Position numbers and translations under genes: made by a program. Shown here one piece after another: positions 1 to 9,849 of a stretch of 57,696 nucleotides of DNA. Below the pieces are notes generated by a model that was given only the letters and a program-made list of their open reading frames with translations, searched no databases and had not been told where the DNA came from. How positions within the stretch are numbered: position 1 is the stretch's first letter; the number at the start of each line of letters is the position of its first letter. The stretch is from a virus. The stretch lies in IMG/VR virus record IMGVR_UViG_3300043493_000066, positions 1 to 57,696 of that record; one strand, 5' to 3'.

Positions 1-127
1 TGGCTCCGATGATCCTGTCGAAGTAGGCCCCCTTGTTCGGCACAACCGATATGTCGTTGAGGAACACATGCCGGATCGTGCCTGCGTTGTTCTGCAGCAC
101 GAAGGCGAAGCATTGGAGTTTCTGCCC
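1..127. repeat. Terminal direct repeat, identical to 57570..57696 (circularisation overlap)
   Basis: Compared base by base: tggctccgatgatcctgtcg...cattggagtttctgccc is present at both window ends. It lies inside a CDS. Confidence 0.9.
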
Positions 128-214
128 GTCGATCGCGAACCCTCGCCCATAGTCACGAGATCGATGCTGGGTGCGATCCACGTTCCCAAAGCGGCGTACC
201 GCTGCCTGCGTCAT
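1..214 (-). CDS. N-terminal part of wrap-around tail-module paralog 2 (continues at 57696..57226; full CDS 185 aa)
   Basis: ATG at 214..212 overlaps the stop of the 211..780 gene (ATGA). It is in frame with ORF 57226..57669 across the 127-bp overlap. Hand translation gives MTQAAVRRFGNV..., parallel to the paralog 1 N-terminus. Confidence 0.7.
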   Translation of the reverse strand, partial: MTQAAVRRFGNVDRTQHRSRDYGRGFAIDGQKLQCFAFVLQNNAGTIRHVFLNDISVVPNKGAYFDRIIGA

Positions 215-780
215 ACGAGCGCCGCCATCACGCGAGTGATCAGCTTCTTGCCGCTCGGGATTCTCGTCGCGTCGATCGTCCACGACGAAGCCGATATTCC
301 GATGGTGTAGTAGATCTCCAGCCTCGTCCGCGTTGCGCCCTTGATGTTGTTGCCGGCGCCGAACCAAGCTATGGGCCGCGGTCGACTGGAGTTTCCGTCG
401 TAGTAGATCACCTGCGCGAACCCGATCAGCGCCGTGATGTCCTGATGCGCCGTGTTGAAGATGAAGCGCATCGTGTTGCCGGTGAGCAGGCCTCCACCGT
501 TCACGAAGTCGACCGACGCAGATACGGTCGGTGTGTTGGAGAACGATCCGTCCCAATTTCGCCCGAGGATCTTCTCGGCGTAGAGCGGCATGCGATCCGG
601 TGCGAATGGCGGCGTCGCATTGGGGTCGGCGGCGATCGTGTGCTGTATCGTCCCGCCGTTGTTTCTGACGACGAGCAGGAACGTCTGGAACTTCTGCCCG
701 TCGAAAAACAGGCCGTTGCGAAAATCGACGAGGCGCTCGAATCGCTGTACGTTCCCCCGACTGCGTGCGAGCGGTTGCAT
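211..780 (-). CDS. Tail-module paralog 1 (189 aa), hypothetical
   Basis: ORF track. Shares PTVSASVDFVxGGG and C-terminal motifs with paralog 2, and weaker C-terminal similarity with paralog 3. Has 4-nt start/stop overlaps on both sides. Confidence 0.7.
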   Translation of the reverse strand: MQPLARSRGNVQRFERLVDFRNGLFFDGQKFQTFLLVVRNNGGTIQHTIAADPNATPPFAPDRMPLYAEKILGRNWDGSFSNTPTVSASVDFVNGGGLLTGNTMRFIFNTAHQDITALIGFAQVIYYDGNSSRPRPIAWFGAGNNIKGATRTRLEIYYTIGISASSWTIDATRIPSGKKLITRVMAALV

Positions 781-1187
781 CAGTAGTCGCCGCCGCCCTC
801 CATGAAGCAGCCGAACGGCTCACCGATCTGAGTCGAGCACTTCAAGACCGAACTCGCCGAGAGCATGATGCCTGCCGGTGGATACCACTCTCCCTCTACA
901 GCTGGCGTGACACCGACTGCGGGCGTCACCGCAGGGACCACCATTTCCTTCAGCAGCTCGACGTTCCCGCTTCCCGCATCCTGTCGAAACAACCGGACGA
1001 AGCCTGCCGTCGTCGTGCCTTCTGCGGCCCAGCGCCAGCCGGGGAAGAACGCGCCTGCGGCCCCTGCGGTGAATAGCGTCCCGTAGGTTCCGGTCGCTCC
1101 GTCCCGATTCGTGTTCGCAGTCGAGACGCGCACCGATGGGCTGCGCGGCGTACCGATCATGATGGGGTCGTTGTTGGGTGTCGTCAT
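780..1187 (-). CDS. Hypothetical tail-module protein (135 aa)
   Basis: ORF track. Lies in the late operon and its stop overlaps the start of the 211..780 gene. Confidence 0.6.
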   Translation of the reverse strand: MTTPNNDPIMIGTPRSPSVRVSTANTNRDGATGTYGTLFTAGAAGAFFPGWRWAAEGTTTAGFVRLFRQDAGSGNVELLKEMVVPAVTPAVGVTPAVEGEWYPPAGIMLSASSVLKCSTQIGEPFGCFMEGGGDY

Positions 1188-1188
1188 G

Positions 1189-1533
1189 TCAGATGAACCT
1201 CTCGGAGATCAGAACCTTGCTCGGCTTCCTGAACGCGTCGCGCAGCGCCGGGTGATCGACCCAGAGCTTCTTCGCGCCGGCGGAGAAGCTGACGAACGCC
1301 CCAGCATTGCTGCTCGCGTGGCACTTGATCCGCAGCACCGAGTTCGAGCCAGTGTCGTACTCGCCCAGGCCGACCTCCCACTCGGCGCCGAGCGCCGCGG
1401 TGTAGTCGAAGCGATCGCCGTCGGCGTAGCCGGTGCCGAAGGCGATGTACCCTTCGTCCGCTCCGCCGCATACGAAGTCGCTCGTGCCAGTCGTGGTCGT
1501 CGACTCTCGAACTCGATCGAGCGGCTTGAACAT
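1189..1533 (-). CDS. Hypothetical tail-module protein (114 aa)
   Basis: ORF track. Its ATG at 1533 shares one nt with the upstream stop. Amino-acid composition is balanced. Confidence 0.6.
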   Translation of the reverse strand: MFKPLDRVRESTTTTGTSDFVCGGADEGYIAFGTGYADGDRFDYTAALGAEWEVGLGEYDTGSNSVLRIKCHASSNAGAFVSFSAGAKKLWVDHPALRDAFRKPSKVLISERFI

Positions 1534-2741
1534 CAGAAGTACGCAGGGAAGGCGAGCTTCGCCAGGGTCTCAGTGTTCGTCGTCGTGTTCCTGTTCGGGA
1601 TCACGCGCCGTTCCCAAAATGCGATTGCCTCGCCTGGTGATAGCGAGCCGAGGTCGAGCGCCGTGCCCACGTCTTCGGGCTCCGAGAACGTCACGCCGAC
1701 CGGAGCCGTGTTTTCGTTCGCGACGGTGACGGCCAATCCTCGAGACGCGGTGATCGTGCCGGTGGCAGGCGTCGCAGGGGCGCCAGCGACCGCGAACGTG
1801 AACATCGTCGAGCTCGTGACCGTGATCACCTGGGCCCCGTTGTAGGCCGCCTGCGCAGCGCCGGCGATCACTACGGTCTGCCCGGTTTCGTAGTTATGCG
1901 CCGCGCCCATCGTGACCGTGGCCACGGATCCGGATCGCGTGATCGAGGTCACCGATCGCGTCGAGCCGTCGCCGCGGCCGGCTGGATCGACGCCCACCGA
2001 GATCAGGCCTGGCTCAGGCTGCTCGACGATATAGGTCGCGACCGATAGGAACTTCTTGCCCCAGCGCGGCGTGCCTGTCGCCGGCGTCGCGGGTGCGCCG
2101 GTCACGGTGTACGTGAACTCGTCCGCGTCGATGACGGTGACCTCGAAGGTCCCGTTGTACTCAGGCTGAACGCAGCCGACGATCGTCGCCTCGTCGCCAG
2201 TCGTGAGACCATGCGCGGCCGTCGTCGTCGCATGCGCGGTCGAGCCCGAGCGCGTGATGCTCGTCACCGCAGCGACGAAGGTGTTCGCCATGTAGAAGCA
2301 CCTGTACTCGCTGTCACCGTCGAAGCTCTCCTGCTTCTGGACGTTGTCCCACTCCTCGTTCGCGATGTTTGCGATCGTCACGTTGTCCGACTTGTCGGTA
2401 CCGGCGAGGCTGCCGGCCACGACCGTGACGAGCAGCGCGCCCTGCTCGCCGAAGATCGCGTACTTGCCACTGACTGAGACGTTCACCGCAGCGCCTGGGT
2501 CTACGCCATTCGGCGTCCAGAGCAGGGTAAGGTCGGAGAAGTCGAACGCGAGGACGCCCACGCCTGTCGGGTTGCCGCCTGCGTAGTCGATCGTCACGCC
2601 GGTGATGTTCGACAGCGCGGTCGTCGACTGCGAGAGCACGCGCTCCGAGGACATGTCGCCGCCGAGCGATGCGCCTGGGGCCGCGTTCGCCGAGCCGCCA
2701 GATAGCCTGCGCTCCAGGTATGCGTTGCTGAGTGCGACCAT
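1533..2741 (-). CDS. Putative tail fibre protein (402 aa) with two ~65-aa internal repeats
   Basis: Start trimmed to ATG 2741 (MVALSNAYLE...), just after the stop of the 2744..5038 gene. The longer track ORF has an R-rich N-terminus that looks non-coding. Repeat VTSITRSGS...HGLxTGD...YNG...TFT..ATPATGT occurs twice. Confidence 0.65.
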   Translation of the reverse strand: MVALSNAYLERRLSGGSANAAPGASLGGDMSSERVLSQSTTALSNITGVTIDYAGGNPTGVGVLAFDFSDLTLLWTPNGVDPGAAVNVSVSGKYAIFGEQGALLVTVVAGSLAGTDKSDNVTIANIANEEWDNVQKQESFDGDSEYRCFYMANTFVAAVTSITRSGSTAHATTTAAHGLTTGDEATIVGCVQPEYNGTFEVTVIDADEFTYTVTGAPATPATGTPRWGKKFLSVATYIVEQPEPGLISVGVDPAGRGDGSTRSVTSITRSGSVATVTMGAAHNYETGQTVVIAGAAQAAYNGAQVITVTSSTMFTFAVAGAPATPATGTITASRGLAVTVANENTAPVGVTFSEPEDVGTALDLGSLSPGEAIAFWERRVIPNRNTTTNTETLAKLAFPAYF

Positions 2742-2743
2742 GA

Positions 2744-5038
2744 TCAGACCTGTCCTATGAAGGCGACCGGATCTCGTCCGGCCGGAAGCGCGGCGAATCC
2801 GCCGCTGAGTGAATAGGTGACGACGTGCTTGACGTTGTTCGCGATCTGGTTCGCCGGCGTCAGACCTGGATCCGGGTACTCGAGCCCGCCGCGCATGAAG
2901 AATAGCGAGGAGTCGGCGGTCTCCTTCACGTTGTACTGATAGATCGCGAACGGATCGAGGTCCGGCGTCGATCCGTCGACAAAGCTCCCCGAATAGCTGA
3001 TCCCTCCGGAGGCCCGCAGTGAGAAGGACATCGAGTTCGATGCGCCGCTCGTCGCTGTCACTGTATCCGTCGCCGGCGGAGCGTCGGCTGGGTAGCCGTT
3101 CCACTCCATCTCCCAGTTCGTGAACGCGCAAGCTGGGTGATCAGGAACAGCGACAGGGTGCCCGCCTTCACGGATCTTCGACCTGAAGTTCCCGCGATGG
3201 ACCCTCTGGCTGTTCGAGAAGGACGAGCGCGTGCGCTTCAGCCCGGCGACAGCTTCTCGATCCAGCGGGAGCAGGATCAGCGCCGATCCGCCGCCCATTG
3301 ATTCGTCTCGAGTGTCGAGTGCTTTAGTCAGGTCGCGCTGATACGCCTCGGATTTGAAAAGCGCGATGCACAGGTGCGCGGTGTCCCAGCTGCCGCCGCT
3401 GCAGACGTAGTACCGGTCACCGTAAGAATAGTCAGCATAGGGGATCCTGTAGTGATCGCTGGCATAGCTCGTCACCGACGTGAGCCGCCTTCTGCTGTAC
3501 GCCTCGACGCTCATATTGAACGGGCCGGTGAATCCCCAGCTCAGCGACGTGTAACCGCTGTACGAATGTCCGGAGCCGATCACCGTGGGCCGGTACCGCT
3601 TCGCGCACGGATGATCTGGATACCCAGACTGGAAACTCTGCGCGACCGGTTCAGTGTATTGGTAGTCACCTCCCCAAAAGTGGAACGACCCGGTGACTCC
3701 ATTCCACAATGCGACTTCGTAATAGTCGCGCAGCGCCTGGCTCAGCGGGTTGCTGTTCCCAGTGAATGCGATGTCCGGAGGATGTTGATCGAGTCGCTGA
3801 TCGAGCGGGATCTGCGTCGTCTGCATGCTCCACGTCGTGACGATCTTTTCCTCGCCGTCATAGAAGACGTGCACTGGCCCCGACATGTTTCGTATCGCGT
3901 CGATCGGCCGCACTCCCACCCAGCGCGTCGGCTGCTCGTCGCCTGGGACCCACATCGTGCCGAGGTCGTTCTTGCGAAAGATCACGCTGCCGGCCGATCC
4001 GATTGTGAGCGCCGCGGTGATCGTCGCGGTCGACAACGCGTTCGCGGCCTTCGGTGTTCCGCCAGCTGGGCTAGAGATCCCGTTCGCGACTGAGAACTTG
4101 AACGCGCCGGCGTCCGCTTCTCGAATGATGTGGGCGCCGTTGTAGCCGTCCGGCGTCGCGCCGCTGATGACCACAAGGTCGCCGTTATTGAATCCGTGGC
4201 CTGGCATTCCCACCGTCGCGACACCAGCGACCGCGGTGATGTAGTCGATCGCGGCTTCCTCGAATGCGACAGAGAATTCGAGATCGATCACCCTCGTCGC
4301 GTATCGATCTGGAAGTGTCAGCAGTCGCTGCACGACGTTCGACGCACTTCGCCCGCTCCAGGAGAAGGCCCAGCCCATACCGAGGTACCAGGGCGAGCCG
4401 TTCGCGTACGCCGGCGCGATCGCGGCCGCGGTCATAACCTGCAGCACCTTGCCGCCCTCGTTCTTGTTCACGAACGCCCAGGCGAGGTCGACGTCTTCGC
4501 CAGGCTGCGCGTAGTCCGAGAGCTGCGTCGCGCAGGTCATGCACTGCAGGCCCATGCCGATCGGCGCCGCGTACACGCCGGCGCTCGAGATCTCGATGAT
4601 CCAGAACCGCCGCTTCGCGAAGTTGACCGCCTCGTCGCCGGCGGTGGATCCGACCTGCCTCGGGTACGGGTACTCGAGGATGCCGTGCGTCTTCGGCCAG
4701 GTGTACTTGAAGCGACTCTCGAGGCCGCGAGAGTTCAGGCACTGCACGATGCGCCGCATCTGGCCGCTGTACCTGCTGCCCTGCTTCTGCAGCACGTTCG
4801 GCCTGGTGCGCAGCGACGTCGGGATCGCCACGCGCTTCGAGCGCACCGCCGGGTCTGGATCAGGCCGCGGGAAGCCTGCCGGCGGATCGATCGCCTCGAT
4901 CACGCCGTCGACGTAGTGCGCCCAGAATACCGGCGCCATAACCGGACCCGACGCAGCGAGCAGGAAGCCAGGGATCTCCTTGCCCTCGATCTCCCGGACC
5001 GGCGTGTCCCAGAGATAGTCGTGCGTCTCGGCGGCCAT
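2744..5038 (-). CDS. Large tail tip / hub-like structural protein (764 aa)
   Basis: Large ORF downstream of the tape measure. Contains one copy of the same ~65-aa HG..GD..YNG domain. Function is inferred from position only. Confidence 0.55.
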   Translation of the reverse strand: MAAETHDYLWDTPVREIEGKEIPGFLLAASGPVMAPVFWAHYVDGVIEAIDPPAGFPRPDPDPAVRSKRVAIPTSLRTRPNVLQKQGSRYSGQMRRIVQCLNSRGLESRFKYTWPKTHGILEYPYPRQVGSTAGDEAVNFAKRRFWIIEISSAGVYAAPIGMGLQCMTCATQLSDYAQPGEDVDLAWAFVNKNEGGKVLQVMTAAAIAPAYANGSPWYLGMGWAFSWSGRSASNVVQRLLTLPDRYATRVIDLEFSVAFEEAAIDYITAVAGVATVGMPGHGFNNGDLVVISGATPDGYNGAHIIREADAGAFKFSVANGISSPAGGTPKAANALSTATITAALTIGSAGSVIFRKNDLGTMWVPGDEQPTRWVGVRPIDAIRNMSGPVHVFYDGEEKIVTTWSMQTTQIPLDQRLDQHPPDIAFTGNSNPLSQALRDYYEVALWNGVTGSFHFWGGDYQYTEPVAQSFQSGYPDHPCAKRYRPTVIGSGHSYSGYTSLSWGFTGPFNMSVEAYSRRRLTSVTSYASDHYRIPYADYSYGDRYYVCSGGSWDTAHLCIALFKSEAYQRDLTKALDTRDESMGGGSALILLPLDREAVAGLKRTRSSFSNSQRVHRGNFRSKIREGGHPVAVPDHPACAFTNWEMEWNGYPADAPPATDTVTATSGASNSMSFSLRASGGISYSGSFVDGSTPDLDPFAIYQYNVKETADSSLFFMRGGLEYPDPGLTPANQIANNVKHVVTYSLSGGFAALPAGRDPVAFIGQV

Positions 5039-5042
5039 TCCT

Positions 5043-5948
5043 TTACAGGCCCTGGCCCAGGCCCTTTGACTTCACGAAGTCGCGCGCCCGCGCGATGATC
5101 TCCTTCGAGTACTTCTCTGGGTCGAGCGTCGCGATCTTTGTGGTGATCGTAGGCGCGTAGTTCGTATCGCCGACGTACGGCTCGAGGATATCGACGCTCG
5201 GCGTATAGACGAAGGTGTGCCCGTCGGTGTCGATGAAGCCGATCTCGTGCACTCTGTCGATCTCGCGGCTGCCGACCACGTCCAGCACGTACGACTTGCC
5301 TGGATAGGTGCCGACCTGCGGGTAGCCGGGAGACTTCTCGAACTGGCCGTCCGCGTTGATGACCTTCGGCGAGGTCCTGCGATAGAGCTCGATCAGTGCG
5401 AGGCCCTGCTCAAAGCTCGGCGGCGTGACCTGATAGACGATCAGCGTGCCCTGGTAGTAGGCCGCGATCACCCCGTAGGTGACCTTCGAGCCGCCCTGCG
5501 CCAGCGCCTCGACTTTTGGCTGATACGTGAGCATGCGCGCCGAAGACCGGTAGCCGGTGTACGCGACCGCCGCATGCGCGACGCTGCTCGAGAAGCGCAG
5601 CTGGAACGCGGCCGGGTCGTAGTAGGCGCCGACATTCCCGACCACGTTACCTTTCGAGTCGAACGCGAAGAGCGTCTCGAAGGTGGGTGCGGATCCGACC
5701 GGCGGCGCCGGCAGCGAAGCCGAATCGCCTGACACAGTGAGCACGCCGGCGGGCACGTCGAACGGCTTCGAGTTGCCGAGCCGCACGTCGCCGACGTTCG
5801 TCTTCACCGACGCGGGGACGTCGGGAATCAGCAGCAGGTGCACCAGCCCGTCCGAATAGAACCCGGGATCCGTCTGGATCTCGAGCGGGTGCTGGCCGCT
5901 CGCTGGCGCGAACGGTACGACGACCTGGCGCTGCAGCTCGCCGCCCAT
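5043..5948 (-). CDS. Hypothetical tail protein (301 aa)
   Basis: ORF track; lies in the tail module. Confidence 0.6.
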   Translation of the reverse strand: MGGELQRQVVVPFAPASGQHPLEIQTDPGFYSDGLVHLLLIPDVPASVKTNVGDVRLGNSKPFDVPAGVLTVSGDSASLPAPPVGSAPTFETLFAFDSKGNVVGNVGAYYDPAAFQLRFSSSVAHAAVAYTGYRSSARMLTYQPKVEALAQGGSKVTYGVIAAYYQGTLIVYQVTPPSFEQGLALIELYRRTSPKVINADGQFEKSPGYPQVGTYPGKSYVLDVVGSREIDRVHEIGFIDTDGHTFVYTPSVDILEPYVGDTNYAPTITTKIATLDPEKYSKEIIARARDFVKSKGLGQGL

Positions 5949-5952
5949 GTCT

Positions 5953-6951
5953 CTATCCGCTCGACTCGCCGTCGAGCACCGGCACGCATCGGTTCACGGC
6001 GAACGGCGCTGTCCCTGCCGGCACGATCCTCTTCATCCAGATCGCGACCGCGGCCGGGTGCGTCGTGAACTCGATCGTGTCGCCGGCGAGGAACGTCCCG
6101 CCGAAGCCGGCCGCCTGGAGCGTGAAGAACGGCGCGCTGAAGTCGGAATTGTTCGGCGCAGCTCCGGCGCCGATACTGCCCGCCCCTTGCGCGCCCGCGT
6201 TGGCGCCGACGATGTTGAACGCCGTCCCGCTCGTGAAGGTCAGGGTCCAGTCGTCCTCGACGCCGCCGACGTTGTGCGCGAGCAGGTTGTCAACGTCGAA
6301 CGTCCCGGCCGCGCTCGTCACGACCAGGTCCTCGGCCGTGGCCACGACGTCGTCGGCCGGCTCGTAGACGTTCATCACGCGCGAGTCCGACGCGGAGTAG
6401 CTGAACGCGAGCGCCGGCGTGATGGTAAGCGTCACCACGTCGCCGACAACGGACGGCGCGCCGTCGATCGTCACGTACTCCTCGTTCCCGGAGTCGTCGT
6501 CGACGTCGGCCATGTCGGTGATGCGGATCTTCTGGCCGTTCTGGAAAAACTGGGTCGCACCGTCTTCGACCAGGACGTCGATCTCCGTATCGGTCGCCGA
6601 TGCGTTCGCGTCGAGCTTGCCGCACCCGAGCTTCGTTTCCGAGCCGGTGATGTCGTCCTGGATGTTCGTTTGGTCGCCGATGAAGAGCGTCACGCGGTCA
6701 TCGCCTTCGGTGAACTGGTCGAGGAAAACCTTCGGCTCGGCGAGGGCCAGATCCGCTGCGTTCGCGTTCTTCGCGAAGATCTTGCGGTACTTGGTGCCGC
6801 CGGCGGTGCGTTCCGATTCACCGACCGATCGGAAGACGTTGTTCACGACATCGTCGGGGATCTCGGAGGCGGACATGCGGCCGCCGTTGCTGTCGGTGTC
6901 GGACACCGTTTCGCTTTTGTAGAACTTGAGCTCGCTCTGGACGATGGGCAT
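5953..6951 (-). CDS. Hypothetical tail protein (332 aa)
   Basis: ORF track; lies in the tail module. Acidic protein with balanced composition. Confidence 0.6.
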   Translation of the reverse strand: MPIVQSELKFYKSETVSDTDSNGGRMSASEIPDDVVNNVFRSVGESERTAGGTKYRKIFAKNANAADLALAEPKVFLDQFTEGDDRVTLFIGDQTNIQDDITGSETKLGCGKLDANASATDTEIDVLVEDGATQFFQNGQKIRITDMADVDDDSGNEEYVTIDGAPSVVGDVVTLTITPALAFSYSASDSRVMNVYEPADDVVATAEDLVVTSAAGTFDVDNLLAHNVGGVEDDWTLTFTSGTAFNIVGANAGAQGAGSIGAGAAPNNSDFSAPFFTLQAAGFGGTFLAGDTIEFTTHPAAVAIWMKRIVPAGTAPFAVNRCVPVLDGESSG

Positions 6952-6961
6952 GCGTGTCCCT

Positions 6962-7357
6962 CTACACCGTGAGCAGCCGGATTTGGCCGCGCATCAAATC
7001 GTTGGGGCCGTACGAACTCTTCGCGATGAGCGGCGTCATGCTCACGGCCGGAGGTTCGTCGTGCCGAAAGATGACCGTCAGCGGCCCGCCGTTGTATTCC
7101 AGGACGTACTGCGCACCGGGCACGCCGGCGCGCTCGAGCACCTCCTCGACGATCGACATCCTCAGCACGCCGATCAGGATCCCGTTCACCTCCCTGGCCG
7201 AGAGCGTGATCGGCTCGCCCTTCGAGAGCTGAGCGCTCGAGACGACGGTCACACCGCCCAGCGTGCGTCGCACGTTCTGCGCGACGGTCTGCGGCGAGAA
7301 TCGCTCCTCCCAGACCATCATCGGGTTCAGCGTGATGCCGTCGAGCTTGATCGTCAT
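6962..7357 (-). CDS. Small tail protein following the tape measure (131 aa)
   Basis: ORF track. Has a 4-nt overlap with the tape measure stop. Confidence 0.55.
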   Translation of the reverse strand: MTIKLDGITLNPMMVWEERFSPQTVAQNVRRTLGGVTVVSSAQLSKGEPITLSAREVNGILIGVLRMSIVEEVLERAGVPGAQYVLEYNGGPLTVIFRHDEPPAVSMTPLIAKSSYGPNDLMRGQIRLLTV

Positions 7358-9849
7358 GCGATCGCGGCGGCGTCGGCGTTGAGCGCGTTCACCAGGGCGC
7401 GCACCTGGTCACGCGGACCCATCAGTTGCGCAACCGGCCGGCCGTTGACCCGGATGTCGTGCATGACCATGTCCTGCCGCCCAGCGCCTTCGGGCCTGAC
7501 GATGCCGCCCTCGGCGAGCGCGCGCACTAAGGTCCCGCCCATGGCCGCGAACATCCGGCGCGTATCCGGAGCGCTGTAGACCTGTGCCGGCGACAGGAAC
7601 CGAACGAGCTCTGGCCCTTCTTCGCCTACCAGCGCCAGACCGCTCGCGCGGCCGCCGCGGGCGAATCCCGGCACACCGCCGCCGGCGATGTTCGGCTGCA
7701 GGTTGACCTTGAACTCCTCGCGCTCGATCGCGCTGCGGATGGAGCTGACCAGGCTGCTGAGGGAGGTTTGATCGGCGCGGATCTTGACGTCGGACAGCGC
7801 GTTGTCGCTGATCGACGCGAGCTCCTGCTTGAGGTTGGTCAGCTGCTCGGCGACAGCCTCCGATCCCTTCTTCGCGTCCTCGGCGATTGACTTGGCTGCC
7901 GTCTTTTGCGCGCCGAGCCCCTGCTCGAACAGCCGCTGGTTGTCCTCGAGGAAGTTCCTGCCGAGCGCCACGAAGCCGAGATCGCCGAGCTCCTTCGCCA
8001 GGCGCTGACCCTCGGAGAAGAACTCCCTCTGCTTCTCGATGTTGCCGGTCAGGACCGCGTTTCGAAGGTTCCCCTCGTTCTCGAGCGCACGGATCCGGAG
8101 CGAACCCGCCTTCTGCTCGTCGGTGAAGCCCGCCTCGTCGATCTGGCGGACGAGCTCTGCCGTGGACTTGCGCGAGTCGGCGAGCTGCTTGTCGAGCTGG
8201 AGGATCTGCGCCTGGTTCGTCTTGTAGACGTTGAGGTAATCGTTGTTCCTGGCGATCAGGTTGTCGTACAGGCGCTGACCGGACTGGATCAGCTCGACGT
8301 TGGCCTTCGTCCCCATGTCGCCCCGCGCGCGGGAGAGCTTCGACTCGGTCTCGAACGCGTTCTGGGCGGCCGCCACGCGGCGATCGATCGACTGGATCTC
8401 GGCGCGCTCGAGCTCGCGCTGGCTGGCCAGGAGGTTGCCCGTCGATGCGAGCCGTGCCTGGGTGGCAGCGAGATCCGCGGCGATGCCCTTCTCGATCGCG
8501 TTCTGCGAGGCCTTCGCGACCAGGTCGATCAGCTTGATCTGCTCGTTCGCGGCCTCGGCGCCGATGAACTCGAGCTTCGGCTTCTGCGTCTCCTGCTTCG
8601 CCTCCTCGCCGGCGCCCGCGACGATCGTCTTCGCCGTCGCCGTGCCGATCGACATGATCCGCTCCTGGAAGCGGTCTAGCTCCTTGCGCGCGCGATCGGC
8701 GTCCTCCTTTACCGCCTCGCTGATCGCGTTGAAGGTCTTGAAGTCCAATCTCTGCAGGGCTTGAAACTGAGCTGCAATGGCCCCGATCTCACGACCGACC
8801 CCGACGAACACGAAAACGACGTCGGAGCCGAGAACGGCGATCGTTTGGAAGACGTTGATGACGGCGCCCAGAGCGGCCTTCAGGACGTCGGAGGCGGACG
8901 CCGCGTGCTCCTGGTCCTTTGCCAGGTCTGCGATCGTTTGTTTAAACGCGTTGAGCTGTGGGAGGAGGTCGAGGGCGATGGCCTGCGCGTGCAGGCTGAT
9001 CTGGGCGGAGAGCTTCTTTTGCCGGTCGGAGTACTCGTCGGCGAGCTTGATCTGCTCGTCGGTCAGGATGCTCTGCAGGCCTACGCCGCTCGCGAGCTCC
9101 TTCAGGAACGGCAGCGCTTCGGCGCCGGATTTGCCGAGAAGGGCAGTGGCGACGGCGGACTTGTCTGCGCCCTCGGCGTATTGCTCGAGGGCCCTGGCGA
9201 TCGTGAGGAAGCGCTCGACGGGCGACTGCCGCTTCACCTCCTCGATGTTCAGCCCGAGCGTCGCGATCGCCGCGCCGGCTGCAGAGGATTCGTCGTCGAC
9301 CCCGGTCAGGTTCTTCGTCAGCTTGTTCGCCAGGGTGGCGAGCGTGTCCATGCTGATGTTGCCGACCGAAGCGGAGACGGCAAGCGATGCGACGTTCGAC
9401 GCGGTGTCGCCGATCTTCTCGGCCAGGTCCTGGAAGTTGCCGGCCTTGTGGATCAGCTGGTCGAACGCTGCCGCGGCCGCGATCGAGCCGGCGACGGCAA
9501 CGGTGCCGAGAAGCGCGAACCCTGTCCTCACCGACGCAAGAGCAGCGGCGTTCCGCTCGTGCGACTCGGTCAACCGCAGCGCGGTGTCCGCGGTCTTCAG
9601 CTGCTCGTTCGATGCGCCGCGCAGCGCGAGGCGATAGAGCTCGGTCTCGCGCGCCGACTTCCCGATCGTGGCGTTGTGCGCCTGCAGCCGCCCGATGTAC
9701 TGGTCGATCGAGCGCGACGCGGCCGTGCTGATGTCCTTCTGTCCCTCGCCGAGCGTGCGAATCGACTTCTTCGCGTCCTCGACGCCGGCGCGCAGTTTTC
9801 GAGAGTCGGCAACGAGCTCGATTACACCGCGGCCGATCACATCGCTCAT
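7354..9849 (-). CDS. Tail tape measure protein (831 aa)
   Basis: Long alpha-helical A/L/Q/E-rich ORF directly after the G/GT chaperone. Start set at ATG 9849 (MSDVIGRG...), which overlaps the stop of the T frame (ATGA). Confidence 0.85.
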   Translation of the reverse strand: MSDVIGRGVIELVADSRKLRAGVEDAKKSIRTLGEGQKDISTAASRSIDQYIGRLQAHNATIGKSARETELYRLALRGASNEQLKTADTALRLTESHERNAAALASVRTGFALLGTVAVAGSIAAAAAFDQLIHKAGNFQDLAEKIGDTASNVASLAVSASVGNISMDTLATLANKLTKNLTGVDDESSAAGAAIATLGLNIEEVKRQSPVERFLTIARALEQYAEGADKSAVATALLGKSGAEALPFLKELASGVGLQSILTDEQIKLADEYSDRQKKLSAQISLHAQAIALDLLPQLNAFKQTIADLAKDQEHAASASDVLKAALGAVINVFQTIAVLGSDVVFVFVGVGREIGAIAAQFQALQRLDFKTFNAISEAVKEDADRARKELDRFQERIMSIGTATAKTIVAGAGEEAKQETQKPKLEFIGAEAANEQIKLIDLVAKASQNAIEKGIAADLAATQARLASTGNLLASQRELERAEIQSIDRRVAAAQNAFETESKLSRARGDMGTKANVELIQSGQRLYDNLIARNNDYLNVYKTNQAQILQLDKQLADSRKSTAELVRQIDEAGFTDEQKAGSLRIRALENEGNLRNAVLTGNIEKQREFFSEGQRLAKELGDLGFVALGRNFLEDNQRLFEQGLGAQKTAAKSIAEDAKKGSEAVAEQLTNLKQELASISDNALSDVKIRADQTSLSSLVSSIRSAIEREEFKVNLQPNIAGGGVPGFARGGRASGLALVGEEGPELVRFLSPAQVYSAPDTRRMFAAMGGTLVRALAEGGIVRPEGAGRQDMVMHDIRVNGRPVAQLMGPRDQVRALVNALNADAAAIA

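Noticed and set aside
1-127. A biological direct terminal repeat or LTR-like element.
   Set aside because: The repeat lies inside a CDS that becomes intact on circularisation. The phage also has an HNH-TerS-TerL arrangement typical of cos packaging.
5947-6972. Long ORFs on the strand opposite to, or out of frame with, clear phage genes. Examples are 5947..6972 (+), 14516..16540 (+), 34545..36068 (+), 43307..44326 (-), 45635..46861 (-), 47799..49004 (-) and 8761..9855 (+).
   Set aside because: Their translations are dominated by R/G/A/P/H runs and they mirror recognisable genes in the other frame. This is the usual shadow-ORF effect in high-GC DNA.
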